Shown piece by piece: positions 1 through 10,071 of a stretch of DNA of 64,000 bases. The translations under genes were made by a program, and so were the position numbers. A model generated the notes under the pieces. The model searched no databases. It was not told the DNA's origin and saw only the letters and a program-made list of their open reading frames with translations. Origin of the DNA: Candidatus Kapaibacterium sp. (GTDB lineage: Bacteria; Bacteroidota; Ignavibacteria; Kapaibacteriales; UBA2268); the NCBI GenBank assembly GCA_963664875.1, contig OY761611.1, positions 2,400,001 to 2,464,000 on the forward strand, read 5' to 3'. How positions within the stretch are numbered: position 1 is the first letter of the stretch; the number at the start of each line of letters is the position of its first letter.

Positions 1-3000
1 TCCTTACTTTCATTTTTGCTGCTCCTCTGCTGAATGTTCGTGCAGATGAAGCCTTAGCAAGGAAGTATTTTCTCGAAAATGATTATAAAAATGCTTATCA
101 GGAATATGAAAAAACTGCCGGCGAATCTTTAGAATCTTTTGTTGCTATCAATAAAATTCGTGAATATCAATTTTTGATGAAGGATCATCTCCCCTATCTA
201 ATTGAATTATACAAAAAATCCGAAGATCCAAATCCTCTTCTATTTTTCGTAGTCAATTCTGAATTTTTCAGAACTCATTTATTTACAGATGTTGAAGATG
301 AAATTGAATTTTTAGAAGAATGTTTGGAAGATAAAAGGCTAAATCCTCAAGTAAAAGCATTATTACAAGAGCTAATAAGTGATATGTATCTTCTTGTAAA
401 TGAGTTTGACAAATCAGAAGAAGCTATAGCTAATTTGGGAACTATTGAAAACTGGGCATTTGTTGGTCCATTTGAAAATATTTCGACTTCAGGATATGAC
501 AAAAAACACGGACCTGAAAGCAATCCGAAAAAAGATGCTGTATTTGCCGGTAAAAGTGAAATAGATGTCAGATGGTTTAACTATAACGACAAACATCCCG
601 GCAAATGGATTAGCCTTGCAGGACTATTTGATATAGAGGAAGCTCTGTTTTTTACTCAATCTTTTGTTTATAGTGAGCAAGATCAGGAGGTCGTTTTTGG
701 TTTAGGCGTGTCCGGATCAGTAAAGTTTTGGGTCAATGACAATTTGATTTTTACAGAGCCAACAGAATATAATAACGGTATGGATACATATCTCTTTACA
801 GCCAAATTGAATAAAGGATATAACCGAATTCTTATGCAATTAGGAAGCGGAGTAAACGACAAAAACAATTTTCTACTTAGAGTGCTCGATAAAAACCTAA
901 ATCCAATGCCTAAGTTTAAATCTTCTGCGGAATATCAGGACTATGTAAAAGAAAGCAGCTATAAATCTAAAAAGTTGCCAAATTTTGCCTTGCAATACTA
1001 CGAGCAAAATATTAAAGGTACAGAAAAAGAGCCTGTACTTTTCAATGTACTTGCAGATTTTTATCTGATGAACAATATGAATCTTGAATATAGAAAAAGA
1101 GTTGAAGAACTAATAAGCAAATACCCTGATAACTACAATCTTCTTCAGCTTGATATGAAAAACACTTCTATCAATCCTGATTTGGAAAGTAGTTACCTAG
1201 TAAAAAAAGAAATGCTGAAAGACTCAAAATTTAAAAACAACAGCTCCGCTCTTGCAAGACTCGACGAACTTTTCAAAAAAGAAGATTGGGAGTCGGCTCA
1301 AAAAACAGTGGACTCTTTGGAAAACGAGGGTGCCGGTGATTTCTTCCTTAGTCCTCTAAAAGTGGCTCTAATGGCAAGAAACGAAGAATACAGAAAAATG
1401 GTTGATGAAACCATGGCTATGTACGAAAAATATCCAACTCAGAGATCATCTGTCAAAGGTGCATTCGCTATTTTTAGTTATGACAAAAAATTGCAGGATG
1501 CTGCCTATAAGGTTTACGAAGATTATTTAGATGACTACTACGACTATGAAATGACCTATTCTCTGGCACAATATTATTGGCGAACAGATAGAAGAAACAA
1601 AGCAGAAAAGCTATTTGATAAATTGGACAAATACTCACGAGGCACATACAGCCTTTTAATCAATCTTGGTGACTTTTATAAGCAGCAAGGCAACTTCGAC
1701 AAGGCTCTGACTTACTATTACAGACTATTGGAAAGAGTGCCTTATGTTTCGTCTCTCAATTCAAGAATAGGCGATTGCTACAAAGAACAAAACCAAACCG
1801 ATAGTGCACTCAAATATTATACTATAGCTTTGGAGCAATATCCCGGCGATTTTGACAATAGAACTACTTTGAGAAAACTTAAAAATCAAAAAGAGATATT
1901 CACTAATTTCGAAGAGCCGGATATAGATGCCATTATTGCCAATGCTAAAGGCGCCGACGAATACCCCGACGAAAATGCGATAATTCTTCTTATCGAAAAT
2001 CATGAAGTGTTGTACAAAAGCGGTGCAAGCGAAGAAGTGAGCTATTTCGTAGGCAAACCTCTGACTCAAACAGGTGTTGATATGTTTAAAGAAATCAACC
2101 TTGGATATTCGGAAATAATCAAAGCTGAAGTAATCAAACAAGACGGAAGCCGAGTGCAGGCTGACAAATCGGGCGGCATGGTAGTATTTACCAAATTGGA
2201 ACCGGGTGATGCTATTTATTACAAAACTAAATCATTATCATACTCTGATGGTGCTTTGGCTAAATATTTTGAAACTTCCATATTCTTCAACACATATTTG
2301 CCTCTCGAGGAAGCAAAATTAGCTCTTTTGGTAGAAGACGGAATAGACATCACATACAAAGCTACACAATGTGAATTGAAGCCAGAAATATCTAAAGTTG
2401 AAAATATGACAATGTACAAATGGGCAGCTAAAGGTATGCCTCAGATTGAGTCAGAAACTTTAATGCCGCCTATAAGCGATGTGTGTGCAATGGTGCATGT
2501 TTCTACAGTTAAAGATTGGGATTTTATTTCTAAGTGGTATTACGACGTTTCAAATCCTAAAACAAAATCTACTTTAGATATAGAAAGAAAAGTTCAGGAA
2601 CTATTCGCAGGTAAATCTAATCTTACTGAATTGGAAAAAGCAAAAGTAATATACAAATACATTTCTGACGAAATCAGATATAGCTCTGTACCATTCAGAC
2701 AGAGTGGATTGATACCTCAAAATCCTACAATGACTATAGATGCAAAAATAGGAGACTGCAAAGACGTTTCTGTTCTTTTTGCAGCTCTTGCCAAAGCTGT
2801 TGGATTGGATGCAGAAATAGTATTGGTAAGTGATAGAGAAAACGGCAGAAACGAATTGGCACTACCTTCTATTGGCTTCGAACACGTTATTGGTAAAATT
2901 ACTATTGACGGCAAAGTTTACTATGTAGAGCTAACTACCGACGTGCTTCCTTTTGGAGCATTCTTCGGTTCTTCTAAAAAATCTTATGGCTTGGAAATCA

Positions 3001-3701
3001 GCAACAAACAAAAAAATGAGCTTTTCCAGATTGACCCGGCTACAAGACCTGAAAATGCTATTGTAAGAAATACTAAAGCAAAACTTGATAACGGCAATTT
3101 GATTATTGAGGTTAATTCTACAAAAGTTGGTGGACCGGCTGCTTCTATGCGAGCTTACTATAGAGATCAGACCGAAGAAAATCAGAGGAAGTCTATGGCA
3201 AGAAGCATCAGTGAAGATTATAGCTCGACCGAACTTATAGATCTCAAATTTGATGAAAGCATTCGCGGACTTTCAGATTCTGTAAGTTACTACTACTCAT
3301 ATAAAGTCAAAAAACCATATACAGAAATCAAAAATATGAAAATATTGAGATTCCCTTGGTCAGACATATTGAGTGCAGGTGACATTACCTCTTCGCAAGA
3401 AAGGAAATATCCTCTTGCTCTTTGGCTATACCTCAACCACGACAACGAATATAACAAAGTCGAGTTTGAAATTCCTGATGGCATGAAAGTTTCCGAAATG
3501 CCTGAATCCTTGAAATTGACTTCAGAATACGCTGACTACGAAGTAAAATATCGCTTAGAAGGCAACAGACTTATCGGCGAAAGAACTGTAATCTATAAAA
3601 AAGATTTGGTACCAAATGAAAAGTACCATGAATTCAAAAAATTCTATGATTCTATGGTAGAATCAGACAATAAGCAAATAGCTTTGGAAACAAAGAAATA
3701 G
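1..3701 (+). CDS. Secreted TPR + DUF3857/transglutaminase-like protein, 5' truncated by window edge
   Basis: Frame of ORF 174..3701 stays open back to base 3 (LTFIFAAPLLNVRADEA, signal-peptide-like). TPR repeats in the middle; transglutaminase-like core GDCKD...FEHVI. Confidence 0.8.
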   Translation, partial: LTFIFAAPLLNVRADEALARKYFLENDYKNAYQEYEKTAGESLESFVAINKIREYQFLMKDHLPYLIELYKKSEDPNPLLFFVVNSEFFRTHLFTDVEDEIEFLEECLEDKRLNPQVKALLQELISDMYLLVNEFDKSEEAIANLGTIENWAFVGPFENISTSGYDKKHGPESNPKKDAVFAGKSEIDVRWFNYNDKHPGKWISLAGLFDIEEALFFTQSFVYSEQDQEVVFGLGVSGSVKFWVNDNLIFTEPTEYNNGMDTYLFTAKLNKGYNRILMQLGSGVNDKNNFLLRVLDKNLNPMPKFKSSAEYQDYVKESSYKSKKLPNFALQYYEQNIKGTEKEPVLFNVLADFYLMNNMNLEYRKRVEELISKYPDNYNLLQLDMKNTSINPDLESSYLVKKEMLKDSKFKNNSSALARLDELFKKEDWESAQKTVDSLENEGAGDFFLSPLKVALMARNEEYRKMVDETMAMYEKYPTQRSSVKGAFAIFSYDKKLQDAAYKVYEDYLDDYYDYEMTYSLAQYYWRTDRRNKAEKLFDKLDKYSRGTYSLLINLGDFYKQQGNFDKALTYYYRLLERVPYVSSLNSRIGDCYKEQNQTDSALKYYTIALEQYPGDFDNRTTLRKLKNQKEIFTNFEEPDIDAIIANAKGADEYPDENAIILLIENHEVLYKSGASEEVSYFVGKPLTQTGVDMFKEINLGYSEIIKAEVIKQDGSRVQADKSGGMVVFTKLEPGDAIYYKTKSLSYSDGALAKYFETSIFFNTYLPLEEAKLALLVEDGIDITYKATQCELKPEISKVENMTMYKWAAKGMPQIESETLMPPISDVCAMVHVSTVKDWDFISKWYYDVSNPKTKSTLDIERKVQELFAGKSNLTELEKAKVIYKYISDEIRYSSVPFRQSGLIPQNPTMTIDAKIGDCKDVSVLFAALAKAVGLDAEIVLVSDRENGRNELALPSIGFEHVIGKITIDGKVYYVELTTDVLPFGAFFGSSKKSYGLEISNKQKNELFQIDPATRPENAIVRNTKAKLDNGNLIIEVNSTKVGGPAASMRAYYRDQTEENQRKSMARSISEDYSSTELIDLKFDESIRGLSDSVSYYYSYKVKKPYTEIKNMKILRFPWSDILSAGDITSSQERKYPLALWLYLNHDNEYNKVEFEIPDGMKVSEMPESLKLTSEYADYEVKYRLEGNRLIGERTVIYKKDLVPNEKYHEFKKFYDSMVESDNKQIALETKK

Positions 3702-3726
3702 AGAAAAAAATATAACATCCTAAATC

Positions 3727-3760
3727 AAGCCGGCAGATTTTACAATCGTCGGCTTTTTTA
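3727..3760 (+). terminator. Intrinsic terminator
   Basis: aagccggc...gtcggctttttt imperfect hairpin with T-tract after the stop codon. Confidence 0.7.
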
Positions 3761-3859
3761 TTAGCGTGATTAGATTCCTATGGATAAGGTAATGGAACTT
3801 AAAACATTTTACAAAAAGATACGTAAGTTATATAAAATAATACTCTTTGAAATATTTCC

Positions 3860-3886
3860 TAAAGTTCTTTAAATTAGTGTCGATAA
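3860..3886 (+). promoter_or_regulatory. Sigma-28 (FliA)-type promoter
   Basis: TAAAGTTC then GTCGATAA with a 15-nt spacer after TAAA; one mismatch to the TAAA-N15-GCCGATAA consensus; 37 nt upstream of ATG 3924. Confidence 0.7.
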
Positions 3887-3923
3887 TATTTATAGAGTAA
3901 ATATATATTCTACGGAGCCTGTC

Positions 3924-4169
3924 ATGAACGTAAACTCCATTAACGAGAGGGCAGTGCCGCCACGCGAGGTAATCGAAGAGGAAAAACCACCTGTAACTGT
4001 TCAAAACGAACTTCAAAAAGAAGTTATTGAAGAAAACAAATCAGGGAAAGGCAGCACAGCTAATCAAAATCAAACTTTGTCTGTAATTTCTGCAACTCAA
4101 CCTCAAGAGCAAATACAGCAGACTGCAAAGAACCAGATATCTAAAGGGTATCTAGATGTCAAAGTTTAA
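3924..4169 (+). CDS. Small hypothetical protein, probably motility regulon (C-terminal KGYLDVKV)
   Basis: 81 aa with GGAG RBS, own promoter and terminator; low-complexity Q/E-rich body; C-terminal G-x-LD-x-x-V motif. Confidence 0.7.
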   Translation: MNVNSINERAVPPREVIEEEKPPVTVQNELQKEVIEENKSGKGSTANQNQTLSVISATQPQEQIQQTAKNQISKGYLDVKV

Positions 4170-4208
4170 TATTCAGGAAGAACATGATTATAGGATATAG
4201 TTATCATG

Positions 4209-4240
4209 GCTGCTTCAGGTGCCACCTGAAGCAGTTTTTA
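4209..4240 (+). terminator. Intrinsic terminator
   Basis: ctgcttcaggt-gcc-acctgaagcag-ttttt. Confidence 0.8.
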
Positions 4241-4287
4241 TTTTGTGCTCGATGAAGATTTCCCTTTAAAATCTGCAACAGGCAAGG

Positions 4288-6633
4288 TTAGATTCGATAA
4301 CGAACTCCTAACTGCATACTGTATCCGAATATTTTCCAACTTCCTTCATCTATCAGATTCAAGAACATTGGATTGAGGTAGGTTTCGTAAAAGACTGAAA
4401 ATCTGTAATCAATATCAGCTTTGAACCCGACTCCGGCAAACAAACCAATATTTAAAGAGCGGAATGATTCTATATCGGTGCTCTCTGTGCGATAATCTCG
4501 ACCTTCAGGGAAAAAGTAATTATCAGGATAAACAATTCGTATTGTCTTATCAAAATTGTTACCCATGGCAAAGTTGATATTTATTCCGCCTAAAAGATAA
4601 AGATATCTTTCCAAATAGTACTCTGTAGCGAATCCCAGCGAAATATGCCAGCTGTTTGGATCTAATTCGGTACTTTGTCTTAATTCAATTTCTTCGTCAC
4701 TGAGAGAGTTTTCAGCAAGAGTTACGATAGTGTCACCTGCTAATAAATATCCCGGGAGAGACTCCACGTTTAAGCGAATAGAGCCGTAGATGTTGCCTGC
4801 GAGTTCTGTGCCGTAAGCAAAGCCAAATCCACCACCAAGTCCCTGAGCGTCTGAAAATGTGCCAGGGGTCATCAGATTGCCCTGAGATGAGAAGTCTGCA
4901 GAATGATTAACAAAAGACATCTTAGCAAAAGCTGCTATATATGAGGTCGGTGTCTCGCAAATAATATCATCACCTTCGTTGATAATATAATCGTATTGAT
5001 TTGTCAATTTGCTCCTTACGTGGCAGATAGTATAAACTGCTTTATTGTTAGACTCATCAGTCGCTGCAAAGACAAGTTTTCCTACGGAATTTTTGTCTAT
5101 GTTTCGAATGATAACCTGAGCCTGCAAGCTACCGGGGTCAAAATCAAGAATTTTTGGGTCAATGTTTTCAGCATACAATATATCGATTCTCTTTAAACCT
5201 GTATCCTCCTCTCTGTCGTCTCTAATTATCAGCTGAGCACCGCTGCTCTCTTTTTTCTTGATAACAGCAACAGGAGCTACTGTATCAGCAATTGGAATAT
5301 ATTCTGTAAATGATTGCCCACCCATTGTGCCGTAGGCATCAAAGGCATGATAGTTATGACCAAAGCCATAGGAATATAGCCCAAAAGGTTCAGAAGCTGA
5401 TATAGTATGTGTACCAAAAGGCACTTCAATACTTGCGATAGAATAGCGACTAATTCCGACAACTTCGAATTTTGTGGAGTCAACCGGAAATCCGTTTAAG
5501 AGTAAAGAACTTATTGCCTGTGTTGGCACAACAACGTTGATGTAGTGATTCCATTCTCCGTTTACAGGAGTTGCAAGTCTGTATTTTTTTAGAAACTGTT
5601 GAGTTGGGCTGATTAGAATCATCATCGGATCGCCCAAGCTGTCTCCGTTATTATAACCCAAAGAATATTGAGAAACTAATACCTGCTTGTTAGAAGTGAG
5701 CAAAACATTCGATTTTGAAGCTCTTTCTATAAACTCACCTGCATTTAACTGGCTTATAAGTTTCGAGTTCTCGTATATTTTAGTATTATTTTGGTCTGCC
5801 ATCACTCTGTATCTATATTCGGAACGTCCTTTGAGTTTCCCGACATAAAAGTGCTTTCCCCATGTAGAAATCGGTGGTACCTGTTCGACCAAGTGGTTGC
5901 AGGCTTTAATGTTTTCAGGAACATACGCACATTGGTGTCCGCTGAAAACAGAGATGTTTTTAGTTGCAGATATCTTTGTTCCTGTAAAATCACATTTCCT
6001 CGATGAAAGGTGGTCTTGCTTTGCTGCCACCTGATACACGTCGCCTTTATTAAGCACAACACGCATGATTTCGCCCGGTTTGACACCTGCGGAGGTTTCT
6101 ACTTCAGGTACTATAGTTACGACTGTATTGTCTTCTGTGGCTACCACAGCGAACTGAGCCATCAGCTCCAACCCGTATCCATAGCACATCACTCTATAAT
6201 CCTTGCCGAGTACTTCCGTCGGCAAAGCAAGATAAGTGTCAGTAGTTTGGTAACGTGTGCTTAGACCATAAACCTGAATTGGTGTATCAGATTTTATATG
6301 AACGGCTCTGTCTTCTTCAACAATCTCAGAGCTTCTAATTTCTGCAAGAGGAGGTACTTTGACACTTTCTATGGTGCCTGCATTTACAAACAGCTTTTTT
6401 TTGAAATTGATACTTGTTATTTCGATTTCAACATTTGCATCTTTATCACCGGAAATAAATAGCTCAAGATTTAAAATATTCGACTTTTTCCCCGGCTCAA
6501 TTTTGTAATTACGAATAAAGCAAAGCCAGAATTCAGTACCTTTAGGGCTTTTATTTATCGCCATTTCGTCGTAGGCAACTAATGCATTTGAAGTTGTTAT
6601 CAATAACAATATAATAAGAATAAGCTGTTTCAA
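4288..6633 (-). CDS. IgGFc-binding-domain protein with C-terminal outer-membrane beta-barrel-like domain
   Basis: Signal peptide; motifs KGTEFWLCF, DTYLALPTEVLGKDY, HLVEQVPPISTWG, GDPMM; C-terminal amphipathic strands ending YSMQLGVRYRI. Confidence 0.75.
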   Translation of the reverse strand: MKQLILIILLLITTSNALVAYDEMAINKSPKGTEFWLCFIRNYKIEPGKKSNILNLELFISGDKDANVEIEITSINFKKKLFVNAGTIESVKVPPLAEIRSSEIVEEDRAVHIKSDTPIQVYGLSTRYQTTDTYLALPTEVLGKDYRVMCYGYGLELMAQFAVVATEDNTVVTIVPEVETSAGVKPGEIMRVVLNKGDVYQVAAKQDHLSSRKCDFTGTKISATKNISVFSGHQCAYVPENIKACNHLVEQVPPISTWGKHFYVGKLKGRSEYRYRVMADQNNTKIYENSKLISQLNAGEFIERASKSNVLLTSNKQVLVSQYSLGYNNGDSLGDPMMILISPTQQFLKKYRLATPVNGEWNHYINVVVPTQAISSLLLNGFPVDSTKFEVVGISRYSIASIEVPFGTHTISASEPFGLYSYGFGHNYHAFDAYGTMGGQSFTEYIPIADTVAPVAVIKKKESSGAQLIIRDDREEDTGLKRIDILYAENIDPKILDFDPGSLQAQVIIRNIDKNSVGKLVFAATDESNNKAVYTICHVRSKLTNQYDYIINEGDDIICETPTSYIAAFAKMSFVNHSADFSSQGNLMTPGTFSDAQGLGGGFGFAYGTELAGNIYGSIRLNVESLPGYLLAGDTIVTLAENSLSDEEIELRQSTELDPNSWHISLGFATEYYLERYLYLLGGININFAMGNNFDKTIRIVYPDNYFFPEGRDYRTESTDIESFRSLNIGLFAGVGFKADIDYRFSVFYETYLNPMFLNLIDEGSWKIFGYSMQLGVRYRI

Positions 6634-6648
6634 TCTATCACCGACTAA

Positions 6649-7458
6649 CTATTTCATAAATATGAAGTTGGATTTGTATATTTTTTTGCCTGTATCCATA
6701 AAGATGACGTACAAGCCAAGCGGCACAAGGTCTCTATTTGGCATCAACTTTAAAGTATAATTCCCTTTAGGGAGAGTGCCGTCAAAAGTATCAGCTGCAT
6801 TTAGCGAAAAAGAAAATGCCTGCTGATTGCCCGGAATCTTTTGTATAAGTTCTCCGTTTGCGGAATAAATATAAAAAGAAACCTTGCTATCTTCAATCAA
6901 GCCTATATTAAATTCCAAAAATTCTCTAAATGGGTTAGGACGTGCCTGAGATAGGAAAGTTACATCTTTAGGAAGCACTAATTCTTTGAGATTGATAATT
7001 GCCTTCCAAGGGCGGAATCTTTCAGGTTTGTTTCCTGCCACCAGCATTGAAGTTGATTCTATTTTACCGGAAGCCTGTGAGCTTACCAAAGGCTCAATTT
7101 GCAAATAGCAAAGAATATTGGAATTTATGTTTTTGGCTACGCCGGTAATTGTAATTTTTGAATTTTTAAAATCATTGACACTGATATCTTTAGTGTCCAA
7201 ACACTCAAAAGCCGAAGAGTCCGCACAGATAATGTCTTTCACATCAAAAGTGGCTGCACTGTAAGTAATCTCTAATGTAACTTCGCCGCTATCGGAAATC
7301 ACACCATAAACCGGCAGCAAGTAAGTCTGCCCCATTGTGAAAGTGGTATCAGGCACATAAAAAGTATCAGCGTTGGATTTCCCGGACAAAACCACAAAAA
7401 ACATGAATAGAAAAAACAGTACACTATATCTCATATTCTTATTCTCAATATTATTCAT
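6649..7458 (-). CDS. Secreted protein with T9SS-CTD/FlgD-like C-terminal domain
   Basis: Signal peptide; C-terminal QARPNPF...IYSANGELI...GLYVIFM pattern. Confidence 0.65.
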   Translation of the reverse strand: MNNIENKNMRYSVLFFLFMFFVVLSGKSNADTFYVPDTTFTMGQTYLLPVYGVISDSGEVTLEITYSAATFDVKDIICADSSAFECLDTKDISVNDFKNSKITITGVAKNINSNILCYLQIEPLVSSQASGKIESTSMLVAGNKPERFRPWKAIINLKELVLPKDVTFLSQARPNPFREFLEFNIGLIEDSKVSFYIYSANGELIQKIPGNQQAFSFSLNAADTFDGTLPKGNYTLKLMPNRDLVPLGLYVIFMDTGKKIYKSNFIFMK

Positions 7459-7531
7459 CTACAAAAACAAATATATTAAACAATGTGCAAATAGAATCCA
7501 TTAAAAAGACAGATTGGGCTATCTTATAAAT

Positions 7532-7568
7532 AAAAAACTGCTATTTGTGTTGGATACAAATAGCAGTT
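7532..7568 (-). terminator. Intrinsic terminator of the phosphate transporter gene
   Basis: aaaaaactgctatttgt...acaaatagcagtt hairpin. Confidence 0.75.
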
Positions 7569-7599
7569 GAAGATAATTAGCACTAATCAAAGCAAAGCA

Positions 7600-9864
7600 T
7601 TATTTATCTTTGTGCTTATTTTTTTTCTCTACTTTAGCGACTAATTTATTTGCTACTGAAGTAACCCGTACAAGATAGCTTACAATATCTTCTGTGTCAG
7701 AAACCATATTCATAAATAGAATACTACGTCTCATATTTGCACTATTAGATTTGACTCGGTGCAATTGGTTTTTGCTATATTGATTTAGTTCTTCGATAAA
7801 TGCTTCTGCTTCGGAAGTAATATCATTGTAGCTGATATTGTCAATATTTCTGATAAATTTGACACATAAGCTGACAAATTTTTGGAATCTGTCGTTTGCC
7901 TTTTTAAGTTCTGCTATGTGGACATCTTCCAAACTTGCGTGATTGTTGTCAAAATAGTTAAAGTTTTGAACTGTCAGACGACGCAATTTGCTGGTAACGC
8001 TATTAAAAGCAGAAAGCGAATTTGCATAGTCGTAGCCATTATCCAATTCTATATCAGGTATATGTTTCACAGTCCTCAAAATATCAGCAAGGAGAGCATT
8101 GGCGTCCTTTACTAATTTATTAGCATCTTTTTTAGCATCTTTCAGACCTTTCAAATCATAAGTAAATGTAGCCACGACACTTTGTTTGTAAGTATCAGAC
8201 AAACCAAACATCATTTTGCTGATATCAACATAAATATCTTCCATTTGATGCATGATAGAGTCTTTTTCCATTGCTTTCTTGATTTTCTCTTCTGCATCAG
8301 CTTCTTTGTTTTTATGAGCCAATCGAGTACGGTATAAAGCAAATGCTACTAAGCCTGCAAAACCGAATACACCAAATAGACCTGTTGAGAAGATAATTAC
8401 TGAAATTGTAAAAGCAACCAATGTTGCAGAAAAAGCAGTGAAGAACCAGCCACCAATAACGTTAATTACGCCTGACACCCTGTAAACCGCACTTTCTCTT
8501 CCCCATGCTTTATCAGGTAGTGCAGCAGCCATTGCCACTATAAAAGTCACGTAAGTAGTAGAAAGAGGCAATTTGTAGATAGTTGCTATGGAAATCAAAG
8601 CAGCGGAAACCATAGTTATAACAGCAGCTCTGATTAAGTCAAATGCTTCAAGATCACCGGCTTCGTCAGGAACCGGTCTGTAATTTGCCAAATCGAATCG
8701 TTTCTGTACAAACTTTTTCAAAGGAGCGGGAGTTATTGAAGAAATAAAATCAATGACAACTATAGCAATACGAACAACTGCTCTTGCAATAGCATTGGAT
8801 TCAAATCTTTCATATCGGTCATTCTGACTGCCAAGTTTGATTGTAGTCATTGCTACAGTTCTTGCTTTTTTGTTGAAAATTAAAGCCAAAACCATCACCA
8901 TACCGGAGAATAAAAGCATCCATATTGGGGCTGCAACTTTTTCTGTCATCGCTGCCATTGACGCAGTCATTGGGTCTCCGCCTGATGCCTGTGCAATTTG
9001 ATATGCATTGAAACCTGCGAGAGGAGCTCCAATAAAGTTCACCAAGTCATTCGCTGCGAAAGCTAATGCCAAGGCAAATGTACCGACAAGTACGATTACT
9101 CGCAAGATATTTACTTTAGTAAACCAAGATAGCAGTTGAAGAATTATACTCCAGCCAATAAAGCTATAAAGGATAACAAGATCCATATTGTCTTTAATCC
9201 ATGCACCAATATCGCCTTTCATAAACTCGGCACCCTTCACACCTTTGAGTAGGATAAACATTGTGAGTGCAGTCAGAGCCATTGCAGACCAGTAAGGGCC
9301 GTACTTCTTGAATGTTTCTTTATAATTAAATGTAAATAGCATCCTGGAAAGATATTGAATTATCGAGCCAAGTATAAATGCCATTACAATTGATAGCAAA
9401 ATAGCAGAAATGATAGAGAGTACTTTGCCGGAGTGGATATACTGTTCCAACATTGCAAAATTGCCGCCATCTTCGATTATTTTTAACATTGCGACACCCA
9501 TTGAGGAGCCTAATAAACCAAACACGATGGAAACAGTTGTAGAGGTTGGCAGTCCAAATGTGTTAAATAAATCTAGCAATAACACATCTTGATACATTAC
9601 AGATAGGAAGATGATAAGCAGTTCCGGCATGTTAAACATACTCGGGTCAAAAATTCCTTTACGAGCGACTTCCATCATTCCTCCGGACATAAGTACACCA
9701 AGCAAAACGCCCAATGCAGCCATGATAATAATTGTTCTAAATTTTGCTGCTTTCGAACCTATCGCCGAATTGATAAAGTTCACAGCGTCGTTTGCTACAC
9801 CTACCGTCAAATCGACAATAGCTAAAATAGCCAACATAATCAGAATAATTAGTGAAGTATCCAC
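7600..9864 (-). CDS. Inorganic phosphate transporter (PiT/PHO4) with C-terminal PhoU-like helical domain
   Basis: GVANDAVN and FAANDLVN PiT signatures, GLPTSTT/LPLSTT. Probable GTG start at 9864 (ORF track starts at 9897). Confidence 0.9.
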   Translation of the reverse strand: MDTSLIILIMLAILAIVDLTVGVANDAVNFINSAIGSKAAKFRTIIIMAALGVLLGVLMSGGMMEVARKGIFDPSMFNMPELLIIFLSVMYQDVLLLDLFNTFGLPTSTTVSIVFGLLGSSMGVAMLKIIEDGGNFAMLEQYIHSGKVLSIISAILLSIVMAFILGSIIQYLSRMLFTFNYKETFKKYGPYWSAMALTALTMFILLKGVKGAEFMKGDIGAWIKDNMDLVILYSFIGWSIILQLLSWFTKVNILRVIVLVGTFALALAFAANDLVNFIGAPLAGFNAYQIAQASGGDPMTASMAAMTEKVAAPIWMLLFSGMVMVLALIFNKKARTVAMTTIKLGSQNDRYERFESNAIARAVVRIAIVVIDFISSITPAPLKKFVQKRFDLANYRPVPDEAGDLEAFDLIRAAVITMVSAALISIATIYKLPLSTTYVTFIVAMAAALPDKAWGRESAVYRVSGVINVIGGWFFTAFSATLVAFTISVIIFSTGLFGVFGFAGLVAFALYRTRLAHKNKEADAEEKIKKAMEKDSIMHQMEDIYVDISKMMFGLSDTYKQSVVATFTYDLKGLKDAKKDANKLVKDANALLADILRTVKHIPDIELDNGYDYANSLSAFNSVTSKLRRLTVQNFNYFDNNHASLEDVHIAELKKANDRFQKFVSLCVKFIRNIDNISYNDITSEAEAFIEELNQYSKNQLHRVKSNSANMRRSILFMNMVSDTEDIVSYLVRVTSVANKLVAKVEKKNKHKDK

Positions 9865-9917
9865 AGAAACCCAACTGAAATTTATGTTACAAAACACTTA
9901 CGCATATTAAGAAAGTT

Positions 9918-9925
9918 CAAATATA
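9918..9925 (-). promoter_or_regulatory. Bacteroidota-type -7 promoter box TATATTTG
   Basis: CAAATATA on the + strand upstream of the transporter; matches TAnnTTTG. Confidence 0.5.
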
Positions 9926-10071
9926 AGTATTATTAATCCCTTAAGTGTTAAGAAGCCTTAACAGTAAAAAAAAAAACTATACTTTCCTGAAAAAACTAAT
10001 CTTTGGATAAATCCTCAAAATCAGCATTCATGTCAATTATCTTAACTATCAACAATTCTAATTATTTTATA

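Noticed and set aside
9939-9965. Pho box upstream of the phosphate transporter
   Set aside because: TTAA repeats are spaced 7 and 10 nt rather than 11, in AT-rich DNA; too weak to call.
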